IMG/VR virus record: IMGVR_UViG_3300025133_000074
From: an uncultured virus (IMG/VR IMGVR_UViG_3300025133_000074)
Lineage: Duplodnaviria; Heunggongvirae; Uroviricota; Caudoviricetes
Length of the DNA: 64,000 nucleotides
Reading direction: 5' to 3' (one strand)
Every line of letters begins with the position of its first letter. Position 1 is the stretch's first letter. The position numbers and the translations under genes were made by a program. Below are positions 30,701 through 40,035 of the stretch, piece after piece. The notes beneath the pieces are model-generated. The model was not told where the DNA came from, made no database searches, and saw only the letters and a list, made by a program, of their open reading frames with translations.

Positions 30701-33064
30701 AATATATTTATAGCAGATGGCGATGATGGAATACAATTAGGTGATGCCACCTTTGCAGATGCACCATTTAGTGTTACTAAAACTGGAACATTAAAAGCAA
30801 CATCCGGAACAATTGGTGGTTGGACATTAGCTAGTGATAGAATAACTGGCGGAAGTATGATTATTCGAGATAATGGAACTATCGAATCTGATGGATTTGT
30901 TTCGAATCTAGCCGGCTCAGGATTCCGATTAACCGCCGCCTCCGGAGGATTTTTAGAAGTAGAAAATGCAAGAATACGTGGGACATTATCAACTGCGGTA
31001 TTTGAGAAAGAGACAGTCAATGCTGTTGGTGGTCAACTATATGTTGCTAACTCAACTACTCTTACAGGATCAATTGACAATCCTGCAGGGGCATATGCAG
31101 CTGCAGATACGACAATGTCTGTTGTTAACGTGACTGGATTTACATCCGGAGAAATATTATCGGTTAAAAAAATTAACAGTACCGGCTTTCAAACCGAATA
31201 CCTTAAAATTGACTCGGCATCTAGAAAAAATTCTAATAGTGAAACCGATTTTTCTGGTAAAATATATGTAACAAGGTCTTATGGTTCTGGTATAGACGGA
31301 GATTCTGGATCGTTAGGAAATACTCCTGGTGGAGCACAATCATATACCGGTTCTCAAGTAATAGTATCCACCGGTAAACTTGGAACAGGGTATATTAGAT
31401 TAAATGCAAATCCGAATGACCAAGCAACTCCTTATATACAAATAGTAGAGCGTACCGGTAGTGGTATTTATGATTTAGATTTAAAAGCTCAATTAGGAGA
31501 CCTTTCCGGTATCACCGATAATATTAATGGCACAGATGTAACTGGTTTCGGTTTATATACAGATAATGCATTCTTAAAAGGTGGTATAGTAGCTACATAT
31601 GGATCAATTGGAGCTTTAAATATTGGGTCACAATCAATATCAATTGGCAATGGCGGCTATGATGATTCCAATACTAAATTTTTTGTTAGTTCAAGTGGTA
31701 AATTTAGTTTAGGTGAAAAATTTGTATGGGATGGTACTAATTTAACTATAGAAGGTTCAATTACATTAACCAATGCATCAGATTTTGTACAACCTAGTCA
31801 AACTGGTTCAATAACTGATGGCTTTGTTTCTAATGATGCAACTTCTAGTTTATTAACATCAGATGATACTGGCTCTTTACTTACCGCGGCTGATACCGGT
31901 TCATTTTTAACACCAGATGATACCGGATCTTTACTTACTGCCGCACAAACATCATCATTAGAAAATCCGGCTACATATGCATTTGGTGGAGATGATGGAT
32001 TTACATTGGGTACACATACTGTGAATACTGGTCTTAACATGAACTCAAGCTTCCTAGGATATTTCAATGGTACTACACCTAAAACATTCATGTCATCATC
32101 AGGTGATTTCTATTTAGGAGGCACCGGTGGAGCATTTAAATGGGATGAGTCGGAAGGTTCTTTACTAGTAAGCGGATCATTAGTATCAATGAATGTTCCG
32201 ACATTTTATTTTGGTGGAACTAGTCAATTTATATCTGGCGCAAATGGAAATATAGAAATATCATCATCTAATTTTCATTTGAATTCAGCTGGTGATGTTA
32301 ACATGTCTGGGACTATAACATCAACGGCAGGTGTCATTGGTGGATTTACTATTGACGGTCATAGTTTAACATCGACTGGTGTAGAAATAAATGATTCAAC
32401 TCAAGACTTATTTATTTCATCTTCAGATTTCAAAGTAACACATGCCGGTGATATGTCTGCATCTAATGCAGACTTTGATGGATTTGCGGTAGCTAGATCA
32501 TTACGACAAAAGACTGTGACTATAACACAGGCCAATATGCATCAATACTGTGTACAATTGATAAATGGTGATGATTCTAATATAACTTTCCAGGGCGAAA
32601 CTGTAGATACCGTTATTGCAATAACAACAAAATTAATGCTAGACGGTTCGTTAGGAGGAGAAATAATATCACATGTGATAATAGATGTTGATCTTCTATC
32701 TGAACCTCCAGAAGATTCCTACTTTGTGGCCGGCGAATTAATATCTCTAGGCCTAGGAACACAGCCAAGCTCTAATTTCCAAAGAACGGCGTTAGGTAGT
32801 GAATATTTTGATGATGGAACTGATACTATAAGCGCAAGTGGTGCCTATCTGTACAAAAGTTTTGGCGGAATACGAGAAATTATAGGACCTACTGCGGTAG
32901 ACGGTACCAAAGTACCAGTTACAATTGAAATAGGAGATACTGCAAACGTAGACTTTTATGTACCAATTGGAAACGCCGCAGCTAATTCAGCATTTGGTAT
33001 TATATCACAAAGACTTGAAAATCAGATGGCGATCATATCACCAGTATTAAGGGAGGAACTATAA
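27731..33064 (+). CDS. long tail fibre/spike-like protein
   Basis: 1777 aa, Gly/Ser/Thr-rich beta repeats (IGGFT, IEISSSNFHL twice), 9-aa TGSLLT repeats. Confidence 0.7.
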   Translation: MATGTWNQGQLEKRVTKIDLENYPTIKFHDSSLTSDGIFDIIEFPSRFTAGKNLIKLRANNSNTLVKDSKIHIEILDSNGDPVYFEPLNYLEHDGTRVISIYIFPKKTAPGIGKVYIAGRSKIDVDTGAPITFSRDFNNENYYNLPNVLWSRSIPIAPENSKNNTEIIFTRPYPKAAVRERVNKFFKPVNLTDVAVNRNGTGTVIIKALPAVTQPAVSYISAPKGADVNSQLNYEGAASPNTPMSSIGKQVVVTPAVTATSETNEPLEVESAEIVTISAFSRLETVGFSLSSSMEGGSITIVNPFVDLLQGNSMINDLGQLIPSSQATTDQYGTTDYNLGNTSIQLSGSYTFVIDTILSTTKANVFLTSGFKNVEENTYGAFSFKTIGAQSDYIIKDINATLNFTCSYTEPFVLSETEQSQSFAEIVLSNIEPATGDVYKIQTLYKPAGQFGDFVDAGYVNIEQVEILEDVTSYENIQSIGMVYNRIGYFTSLSDFSSYWETTNGSITPDIALTTTYKPDILLDAVQLIPDTSFNATDNRFGYLHLKSEYHPKVYENTRYMMSLNAFANDISGSDHSLIQNSRLDIYISGSNASIQPDSEYINRYLISDINVADSIPVDLADNGSLGIRVATIEATEGTQFNEIPALISFKALKQENIDVYFVVRSGVWALSNISLKSDKQTGFSPNYTRINTRIPTEFLETPLTFKFLYYDINNNKAQAETSVYPVTFYGDNLLIGGNNNLLSGSVFIGNTIGSGIELAGVNSGYIRSIGYEGFKSASRTDQPGGFMLYTGSVLPSAPDNYAGVGIEIVQDSSSYFKFDTTNGIDVRAKKFFVGTTTDQFVSGSGGNIEISSSNFHLKPDGGLVIGGDTVINADLSANQLFVPAGTTASNAKAYISSSGEAKFIGDGAGDYIVDFSTTGAKISGFEISSSEIKSSNDNLRLKSSGQITGSDVKFTGGKIGGFTLSSTTLAATNFTLDPGNKRISLGTGDNIFIADGDDGIQLGDATFADAPFSVTKTGTLKATSGTIGGWTLASDRITGGSMIIRDNGTIESDGFVSNLAGSGFRLTAASGGFLEVENARIRGTLSTAVFEKETVNAVGGQLYVANSTTLTGSIDNPAGAYAAADTTMSVVNVTGFTSGEILSVKKINSTGFQTEYLKIDSASRKNSNSETDFSGKIYVTRSYGSGIDGDSGSLGNTPGGAQSYTGSQVIVSTGKLGTGYIRLNANPNDQATPYIQIVERTGSGIYDLDLKAQLGDLSGITDNINGTDVTGFGLYTDNAFLKGGIVATYGSIGALNIGSQSISIGNGGYDDSNTKFFVSSSGKFSLGEKFVWDGTNLTIEGSITLTNASDFVQPSQTGSITDGFVSNDATSSLLTSDDTGSLLTAADTGSFLTPDDTGSLLTAAQTSSLENPATYAFGGDDGFTLGTHTVNTGLNMNSSFLGYFNGTTPKTFMSSSGDFYLGGTGGAFKWDESEGSLLVSGSLVSMNVPTFYFGGTSQFISGANGNIEISSSNFHLNSAGDVNMSGTITSTAGVIGGFTIDGHSLTSTGVEINDSTQDLFISSSDFKVTHAGDMSASNADFDGFAVARSLRQKTVTITQANMHQYCVQLINGDDSNITFQGETVDTVIAITTKLMLDGSLGGEIISHVIIDVDLLSEPPEDSYFVAGELISLGLGTQPSSNFQRTALGSEYFDDGTDTISASGAYLYKSFGGIREIIGPTAVDGTKVPVTIEIGDTANVDFYVPIGNAAANSAFGIISQRLENQMAIISPVLREEL

Positions 33065-33067
33065 CAT

Positions 33068-33568
33068 ATGTCGTTTAAAACAATGAGATTAGCCAAAAGA
33101 GGCATGTATACATTTACAACTGATACCAATAACAATATTGGCTTCTTAGGAGGTACAACGCATCTTTTTGGTATTAGCGCAGATGGTGATTCTGTAATAA
33201 AAGGTGATTTAGATGTAGGCGTAGGTAGTACTAATGAAATAAGATGTTCAGGCGATGTAATAGCATTTTCCACATCTGATATTAACCTTAAAACAGACGT
33301 TACTCCTATCACAGATCCTATAAGCAAAATACAAAAATTGTCTGGTAATACATTTACCTGGAAGTCAGAAGCTGGAAGGCGGAAGTCTGGCATCGCAGAT
33401 GTAGGAGTCATCGCCCAGGAAGTTAATTCCGTGTTACCAAATATAACTCGAGAAGTTAATGGCGTAATGTCAGTACGATATGAAAAATTAATACCATTAT
33501 TAATAGAATGTATAAAAGATCAACAAATACAGATAGATGAATTAAGACTTAAATTGGAGGATAAATAA
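33068..33568 (+). CDS. small fibre protein with peptidase S74 intramolecular chaperone domain
   Basis: SDINLK, FTWK, GVIAQEV, VRYEKLIPLLIECIK followed by a coiled coil. Confidence 0.85.
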   Translation: MSFKTMRLAKRGMYTFTTDTNNNIGFLGGTTHLFGISADGDSVIKGDLDVGVGSTNEIRCSGDVIAFSTSDINLKTDVTPITDPISKIQKLSGNTFTWKSEAGRRKSGIADVGVIAQEVNSVLPNITREVNGVMSVRYEKLIPLLIECIKDQQIQIDELRLKLEDK

Positions 33569-33852
33569 TGGCAGTTTTTGTACCAGGACCAGGTGAACCT
33601 AAATCATTAGCACGAATGAGAAAACATGCGGTAGGACATGCAAATGGCACTCCATCATTCACATATAATTCTTTGATCAATACCGGCATTGAAGCTTCTT
33701 TATCAAGTATATCTAATACATTAGGTAACAACGTTGTACTGAATTCTACTAATGCACCTAATTTTAATCCATCAACCCCTCATAAAATGTCTGAATTTTC
33801 ATCAATGAAATCATATGTACATGTACAACAAGACGCCGGCGGACCAAAATAA
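33568..33852 (+). CDS. hypothetical fibre-associated protein
   Basis: 94 aa, GGAGG SD, PHKMSEF motif. Confidence 0.6.
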   Translation: MAVFVPGPGEPKSLARMRKHAVGHANGTPSFTYNSLINTGIEASLSSISNTLGNNVVLNSTNAPNFNPSTPHKMSEFSSMKSYVHVQQDAGGPK

Positions 33853-33862
33853 AGGATAACAA

Positions 33863-34891
33863 ATGGGACAATTATCAAGAGATTTTATAGATATAGTTGA
33901 TGGTAAAATATTTTTCGTACCATCTGGTTCTACAACGTTAGGTGTATCACAAAGTATAAATTCAGTAGCACAACATTACGTGGTAACTATGTCTGGGGCA
34001 TCGTTATCTCAAAGCGTTTTGGCTCCTGCAAACGCGACAGCGTCTTTTTGGTATTTTAGATCTCCAGATACACATTCTTTTAAAGTGTTTTATCAGAATG
34101 CCAATCGCACAAGTATTGAGCCAACCGGTAGTATTTTTGGATTACGAGATTTACCAAATACTATAAATACAAAGGTATCGGGATCTGTAATTGAAGTTAA
34201 ATTACCTATGGGTATATCAGGTTCCGAGATTACAACACGTACAATTTCTGCTTTACGCTCACATAAATTTACAGCAAATCGTTTAACAATCTCCGCTTCT
34301 GGATTCTTTACTACATCATTTGAACAAGGGCAGCATATACTCTCCGGTTCTGGATTTAATACATATATACATATTATTAATTCAATTTCCGGTACCCCAA
34401 TTGCGGATGATATTAATTTTAGTCACATGTCTGGTTCATCTATTTCATATTGTGTACAGACCAGCGGTTCAGGTACATTAAGAGGTATATCATCGGAAGG
34501 AACGCCAGATACCGGAAGTGCCACTGTACAAATACGATTAAATGAAACAGATAAAGATGTAGTAGAAACTGCTCTTGAAGATTCTCAATCATACATGAAT
34601 GTACGAGATGGGTATTACGGTGTATCGGTAACTAACTCAACAACTGGTTCTAATGTATCATTGCATGGCGGAGTTCCATTAGATATTGGATTACCTATTC
34701 CGAATCCACCATATATAAAAACAAATGGTGGTTTTGCTGTATTAATGGATAACGCCGGCACATTAGATAATTCAGAATTTCAAATATTTAAAGACACTGG
34801 AATACCAGGAGTAGGCGGAACAGAACTATTTAAAATATCAGAAGCTGGTAATTTAACTGTTAGTGGATCGATAAGCGGTGGTTCTTTCTAA
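33863..34891 (+). CDS. hypothetical Ser/Gly-rich structural protein
   Basis: 342 aa, SGS-rich like neighbouring fibre genes. Confidence 0.65.
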   Translation: MGQLSRDFIDIVDGKIFFVPSGSTTLGVSQSINSVAQHYVVTMSGASLSQSVLAPANATASFWYFRSPDTHSFKVFYQNANRTSIEPTGSIFGLRDLPNTINTKVSGSVIEVKLPMGISGSEITTRTISALRSHKFTANRLTISASGFFTTSFEQGQHILSGSGFNTYIHIINSISGTPIADDINFSHMSGSSISYCVQTSGSGTLRGISSEGTPDTGSATVQIRLNETDKDVVETALEDSQSYMNVRDGYYGVSVTNSTTGSNVSLHGGVPLDIGLPIPNPPYIKTNGGFAVLMDNAGTLDNSEFQIFKDTGIPGVGGTELFKISEAGNLTVSGSISGGSF

Positions 34892-34920
34892 CTGCAATAT
34901 TTATATAAAAGGATTCTAAC

Positions 34921-37377
34921 ATGTTAGGAGAATGGTTAGCAGATCAAGTTATATCTGAACAAAACATTAAAACAATTGTTGTAATATACCCAGGCCGGTT
35001 TCAACCCATGGGTCAACATCATGCGGCTACATATAAAAAATTAGCTACGAAATTTGGCAAATCTAATACATTTATTGCAACATCAGATAAAGTTAAATTA
35101 CCTAAATCGCCTTTAAATTTCAAAGAAAAACGTAAAGTAATTTTTAAACATGGAATAGGTAATGTGGTACAGGTAAAAAATCCATACCAAGCTTCTGAAA
35201 TTACTAGTAAATATGATCCAGAAACTACAGCCGTATTATTTGCGGTCGGGGCTAAGGATATGCTAGAAGATCCTAGATTTCGTATAGGAACTAAAAAAGA
35301 TGGCAGCCCAGGATATTTTCAATCATATGAAGATAATAAAGACATGTTACAACCATTTACTCAGCATGGATATTTAGTTGTGGCACCACATATAGATATA
35401 CAAATACCTGGATATGGAGAAATGTCTGGAACCACGTTACGTCAAGTATTAGCCACAGCAGACCCAGAAACATTTAAAGATGTAATGGGATTTTATGATG
35501 AAAATATATATACAATGTTGCGTGATAAATTTTCTGCTATTAATATAAATCAAGTAGAATCATTTATAATATCTCATGATATATCTAAATTAATATCTGA
35601 AGTAAGTACTGCAACTGCTCAAGGAGAGTCGGATGTAGATGACGGTCCACGATACTTTTACGGGAATCAAGCATCATACCAAAAACAATCTCGTATTATG
35701 GCCGAAAAATTAGGATACCAAGTAATTGAATATTTATCAGGTAATACTGAACTTCAGATACATCCAGTAGATCCAAACGGCGGTCCTCCATTATCCGTAT
35801 CTTATTTCCCAACCGGCGTTAAAGGTGCAAAAAATTCCGGTACTGATTATTTACGTGGCATGAAAGGTAATCCGGCATATAAGTCATGGCGTAAATATAT
35901 TGATAAAGTTGCTCAACAAGTTGGATATAAATTTATAGATTTTTTAGGCGCAGAAGACTCTATAGATTCCTCCGCCAAAGAAGAATTAAAACCTCAAGGA
36001 TTACGCGAAGATATAAATTTACCTATTAATATAGGCGATACAGTAATGATGGGTAGATTTAAAAATAAAAAAGTAGTTGTGAAAACAATTGGCTGGAATG
36101 AAAAAGGTGATTTATTAATTAATGGAAGGTCGGCAATGAAATTACGTATACCACCTAAAGCACAAGAATTAACTAAAGAATGGTGGAGTAAACAACTTGG
36201 AGAATTATTAACTGAAGCTAAGGCAAATACTCATTTAACACATCTAGAAGAATTGATATTAACGCAGGGAGCTCAAGGATATAAAACAGCTCGATCATTC
36301 TTAATTGAAATGTTAAAAAATCTTAAAGGAAATAGTGATGCAAAAGTTAATACATCAGTTAAATGGGATGGAGCGCCAGCCATATTTGCAGGAATTAATC
36401 CGGATAATAAACAGTTTTTTGTAGGAACAAAGTCCATCTTTAATAAAGAACCTAAGATTAACTACACAATGGAAGATATAGATTTAAACCATGGACATGC
36501 ACAAGGGTTAGCTGATAAATTAAAATTAGCTTTAGAATATTTACCTGCATTAGGAATTAAAAATATACTACAGGGCGATTTTATGTTTGATAAAAGTATT
36601 TTAAAATCTACAAATATTGATGGTAAAAAACATTATTCATTTCGACCAAATACAATTACATATGCAGTAGATGTAGATTCTGATTTAGGAAGGCAAGTTG
36701 CTTCCGCGAAAATAGGCATTGTATTTCATACAACGTATCGATCATTAGATAGCGGTGCATCATTTGGAGCAGATGTAAGTGGGTTAAGACGCAATCCTAA
36801 TGTATGGTTTGATGATGCATTTTTTAAAGATACAACTGGCGTAGTAACATTGACGGCAGCTGAAGCAAAGGAAGTTGCAATGATGATTAAAAAAGCAGAT
36901 TCAGTAAAAATAAACTATGATAATCTTCCAAGTTCATTATTAAACATATACCTTAATCAAGAAATAAAAACCGGACAATTTGTTGATAATGCGGCTATAT
37001 CATTTAAGGCATTTCAGAAATGGTATGAATTACGTGTTAATAAAAAGATTGCAAAATTAAAATCAGATCGAGGTATAGAAAAAGCAACATTAGCAAAACA
37101 AGAACAGTTGGCAATGTTTAATGAAAGAAAACAAGATATTTTAAATATATTTATAGTATCAAAATTATTAGCAGATGCAAAGTTAATATTTGTTAAAAAA
37201 TATAATGATGCAATATATAATACAAAACATTTTGTAGATGATGGTAAAGGTGGGTTAAGAGTTACAGCCCCAGAAGGATATGTAGCGGTTGATCGTATAG
37301 GACAAGGAGTTAAATTTGTGGACCGAGTAGAATTTAGTAGAGCTAATTTTGCAATGGATAAAGGCTTTACAAAATAA
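34921..37377 (+). CDS. multidomain protein: HIGH-family nucleotidyltransferase-like N-terminus + ligase-like (DUF6267-like) C-terminus
   Basis: YPGRFQPMGQHH, MSGTTLR; later NTHLTHLEE, KWDGAP, QGD, EGYV, KFVDR..FSRANF. Confidence 0.65.
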   Translation: MLGEWLADQVISEQNIKTIVVIYPGRFQPMGQHHAATYKKLATKFGKSNTFIATSDKVKLPKSPLNFKEKRKVIFKHGIGNVVQVKNPYQASEITSKYDPETTAVLFAVGAKDMLEDPRFRIGTKKDGSPGYFQSYEDNKDMLQPFTQHGYLVVAPHIDIQIPGYGEMSGTTLRQVLATADPETFKDVMGFYDENIYTMLRDKFSAININQVESFIISHDISKLISEVSTATAQGESDVDDGPRYFYGNQASYQKQSRIMAEKLGYQVIEYLSGNTELQIHPVDPNGGPPLSVSYFPTGVKGAKNSGTDYLRGMKGNPAYKSWRKYIDKVAQQVGYKFIDFLGAEDSIDSSAKEELKPQGLREDINLPINIGDTVMMGRFKNKKVVVKTIGWNEKGDLLINGRSAMKLRIPPKAQELTKEWWSKQLGELLTEAKANTHLTHLEELILTQGAQGYKTARSFLIEMLKNLKGNSDAKVNTSVKWDGAPAIFAGINPDNKQFFVGTKSIFNKEPKINYTMEDIDLNHGHAQGLADKLKLALEYLPALGIKNILQGDFMFDKSILKSTNIDGKKHYSFRPNTITYAVDVDSDLGRQVASAKIGIVFHTTYRSLDSGASFGADVSGLRRNPNVWFDDAFFKDTTGVVTLTAAEAKEVAMMIKKADSVKINYDNLPSSLLNIYLNQEIKTGQFVDNAAISFKAFQKWYELRVNKKIAKLKSDRGIEKATLAKQEQLAMFNERKQDILNIFIVSKLLADAKLIFVKKYNDAIYNTKHFVDDGKGGLRVTAPEGYVAVDRIGQGVKFVDRVEFSRANFAMDKGFTK

Positions 37378-37414
37378 CAATTGTATATTTATATAAAATG
37401 AAATAAAGGACATT

Positions 37415-37900
37415 ATGAAAGAATCAATTTTAAGAGAAACAATTCGTAAAGAAATACGTAAATCTCTGAAAGAATCTGACGTTACTACTGGTGTAGAACG
37501 TGAGACTGGCAAAATAGAAAAAAATGCCGGAGTTAAAATGCTTAAAAGAGCATTAGCTCAAGGATCACCGCGACAACAAGCCGCCGGCTTAATCAAAGTA
37601 ATTGATGCAATATCAGGTGGCAGTACAGCTGTAAAAAATGCATTAGTAATGATGTTAAAACAAACTGATTTAGATTCAGCTCCTGAAGAGCCAGTAGCAG
37701 AAGCAGAAATGAAAGGCGCTTTAGCAAATAAACAAGATAGATTAGATAAAACTCAAGCATTTGTGCAATTAAAAAATGTTTTAGCTCAAAAGCCAGCTTT
37801 ACAGCAAGTTGATTATGTAATACAATTAATAAATGGTTTAGGTTTAAGAGATTCTGCTAAAAAGCGATTGGTAATTAAATTACGCCAAGGTATAAAATAA
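37415..37900 (+). CDS. putative internal head protein
   Basis: MKESILRETIRKEIRKSLKES N-terminus; late motif at 37385. Confidence 0.55.
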   Translation: MKESILRETIRKEIRKSLKESDVTTGVERETGKIEKNAGVKMLKRALAQGSPRQQAAGLIKVIDAISGGSTAVKNALVMMLKQTDLDSAPEEPVAEAEMKGALANKQDRLDKTQAFVQLKNVLAQKPALQQVDYVIQLINGLGLRDSAKKRLVIKLRQGIK

Positions 37901-37901
37901 T

Positions 37902-38549
37902 ATGTCAAGTAAGTTACAAAATATAAAAGCTGTAAAACAATTACTAGCAGGGACTCATAAATCTCAAACTAGAAAATCGATTTACACAGGTTCTACAAAA
38001 ACAGAAATATCTGAAGATGAAATTATAGAACGTTTTGATAACGGAAAACCAAAAATTTGGATTGAAACATCTACAACCGGTACTAGAATTCGTGTCACTC
38101 AACATGATGGATTTAAATCACGAGAACCTGAAAATTCTGTTTTAAAAACCATTCAAGACACGTTATCAGTGCCAGAAAAATGTCCTAAATGTAAAACTGA
38201 TATGCGTGCCAATGAGAAGCAGTTAAATTTTAAATTTTGGTTTAAACGTAAAATGTGCTTTGGATGTGTATTAACAGAAGAACGTAAGATCAAGATGCAA
38301 GGTGAAGTAGCGTGGAAAGAATATCAGAATAATATAATGTCTGCTAATGCAGAAGCATGGTTTTCAGATACAGATAAAGAAGTTGAAATATTAAAAACGC
38401 AGACCAAAGAAACGTATTACCAAAACGCAGATGGCGGCTTTGGTGAAATGGATATAACAGCTTTTATCGAGAAAATAGATATAGATTATAATAAATTAAA
38501 AGAATCGATTAGAAATCAATTTGTGGAGACTACCGATGGCAAGGAATAG
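37902..38549 (+). CDS. zinc-finger hypothetical protein
   Basis: CPKC..CFGC. Confidence 0.7.
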   Translation: MSSKLQNIKAVKQLLAGTHKSQTRKSIYTGSTKTEISEDEIIERFDNGKPKIWIETSTTGTRIRVTQHDGFKSREPENSVLKTIQDTLSVPEKCPKCKTDMRANEKQLNFKFWFKRKMCFGCVLTEERKIKMQGEVAWKEYQNNIMSANAEAWFSDTDKEVEILKTQTKETYYQNADGGFGEMDITAFIEKIDIDYNKLKESIRNQFVETTDGKE

Positions 38550-38823
38550 ATCATTAAATAAGATTGGTAAAGAGTTTGATAAATTAGTTGCAGATATGAA
38601 AAAGTTAGCTGGTGATTATGCAAAAGCCGATGGTTCAAAAAAACAACAATTAGTATCAAAATTAAAACAAATGACCAAAAAGAAAAAACAATTACAATCA
38701 GAAATGGAATCCGCAGTAAATGCAGCTGATAAAGATGTGGAATTGCAAATTGATGAAATGACAAAATTATTACGATCAGAAGTTATTAAATTAATAAAAG
38801 AACAATACGGATACAGTAAATAA
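38536..38823 (+). CDS. hypothetical coiled-coil protein
   Basis: Start moved from 38521 to ATG 38536 (GGAG upstream). Confidence 0.65.
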   Translation: MARNRSLNKIGKEFDKLVADMKKLAGDYAKADGSKKQQLVSKLKQMTKKKKQLQSEMESAVNAADKDVELQIDEMTKLLRSEVIKLIKEQYGYSK

Positions 38824-38831
38824 AGGATAAT

Positions 38832-39584
38832 ATGAAGATAGCGCCGATAGCAAATCAAATATATTTACGTACTATAGTAGAAAGTATTTCTGGCGATGCA
38901 TCAAAAACTAACCTTATTACAAAGAAACTTGCAAATGATTTAAAACAATCTGGTTCTGATGCTAACGAAGAAGAAGTGCAGGGAGCAATGTTAATGGCTT
39001 TAGCAAAAGCCGATTTTAATATCGATCAAATAGATGTATCTGATGTGGAATCGATTAAGAATGAAATACAAGAATCGCGTGGATATAAACTTAACGAAGC
39101 CGCCGGTACCGTAGGGACCATTATACATGGTATAATGGATCTCCTAGGAAATTCGGCATTAATAGATATATCGATAGGAGAAATAGAAAAAGAAACAGGA
39201 AAATCAGTAAATAAAAACCGGGTTAAGTCTATGCTGAAAAAAGGACTTGTTTGGCTAGACAAACTTGCCGGCGCGCCTGCCAAAGGTATGAAATTATTAT
39301 TTGAAGCAATTGCGAGAGTATTTGGTGCCGGAGAATTTGCACAAAAAATTGCAGGACTCGCCGGAACACTTATAGCAGTAGCTATTATGTTTATTATTGG
39401 TATTGTTACTTTTCCGGCAATTACATCCTGGTTTTGGTTTTTCTTTTCTGTTGGTGGGTTAATAGGTAAAGGTGCTGAAATAGTCGTGTTAACAAAAAAA
39501 ATATATAAAGAAGTTAAAAATCGTTATAATGTAAAATCCCCCGATGTAGATAATACTGATATTAACGCAAATCCAGTATTTTAA
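38832..39584 (+). CDS. hypothetical membrane protein
   Basis: C-terminal hydrophobic helices; AAAGGA SD. Confidence 0.7.
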   Translation: MKIAPIANQIYLRTIVESISGDASKTNLITKKLANDLKQSGSDANEEEVQGAMLMALAKADFNIDQIDVSDVESIKNEIQESRGYKLNEAAGTVGTIIHGIMDLLGNSALIDISIGEIEKETGKSVNKNRVKSMLKKGLVWLDKLAGAPAKGMKLLFEAIARVFGAGEFAQKIAGLAGTLIAVAIMFIIGIVTFPAITSWFWFFFSVGGLIGKGAEIVVLTKKIYKEVKNRYNVKSPDVDNTDINANPVF

Positions 39585-39602
39585 TAAAATGGAGAATAAG
39601 TT

Positions 39603-39998
39603 ATGGGTATATTGAATAAAATATTTTCAGGCGGAGCCGCCGAATTAGTAGAAGGAGTAGGTGGAGTATTAGATAACCTAACAACTACTAAAGCTGAGAA
39701 ATTAGAAGCAAAACGTAAAATGAAAGAATTGATTGCTAACCATGAAGCCAAAATGGAGCAAAATATAACTGATCGTTGGTCAGCTGATATGAATTCAGAT
39801 TCTTGGTTATCTAAAAACGTTAGACCTTTAGTTCTTATATTCTTAGTTGTATCAACAGTGTTAATGATATTCATAGATGCTGGAACAATTGCTTTCGAAG
39901 TAGAAGCTAAATGGACTGACCTTCTCCAATTAGTTCTTATCACTGTCATTGGTGCCTACTTTGGCGGCCGTACTATGGAAAAAAGAGTTAAGAAATAA
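39603..39998 (+). CDS. holin-like protein (3TM/GTA holin family)
   Basis: RWSADMNSDSWLSKNVRP, TM helices, GAYFGGRTMEK. Confidence 0.75.
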   Translation: MGILNKIFSGGAAELVEGVGGVLDNLTTTKAEKLEAKRKMKELIANHEAKMEQNITDRWSADMNSDSWLSKNVRPLVLIFLVVSTVLMIFIDAGTIAFEVEAKWTDLLQLVLITVIGAYFGGRTMEKRVKK

Positions 39999-40030
39999 TT
40001 TGTGATATTGCAAATAATTTATTATATTTA
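39999..40030 (+). promoter_or_regulatory. host-type promoter TTTG-N20-TATATTTA
   Basis: Consensus spacing; only 5 nt before terminase ATG. Confidence 0.55.
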
Positions 40031-40035
40031 AAGTA

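Noticed and set aside
30463..31020. 185-aa minus-strand ORF (likewise 52915..53457, 33022..33411, 39581..39949)
   Set aside because: Antisense to clear genes; Gly/Ser/Thr codon bias removes stops on the opposite strand; no promoter or SD seen
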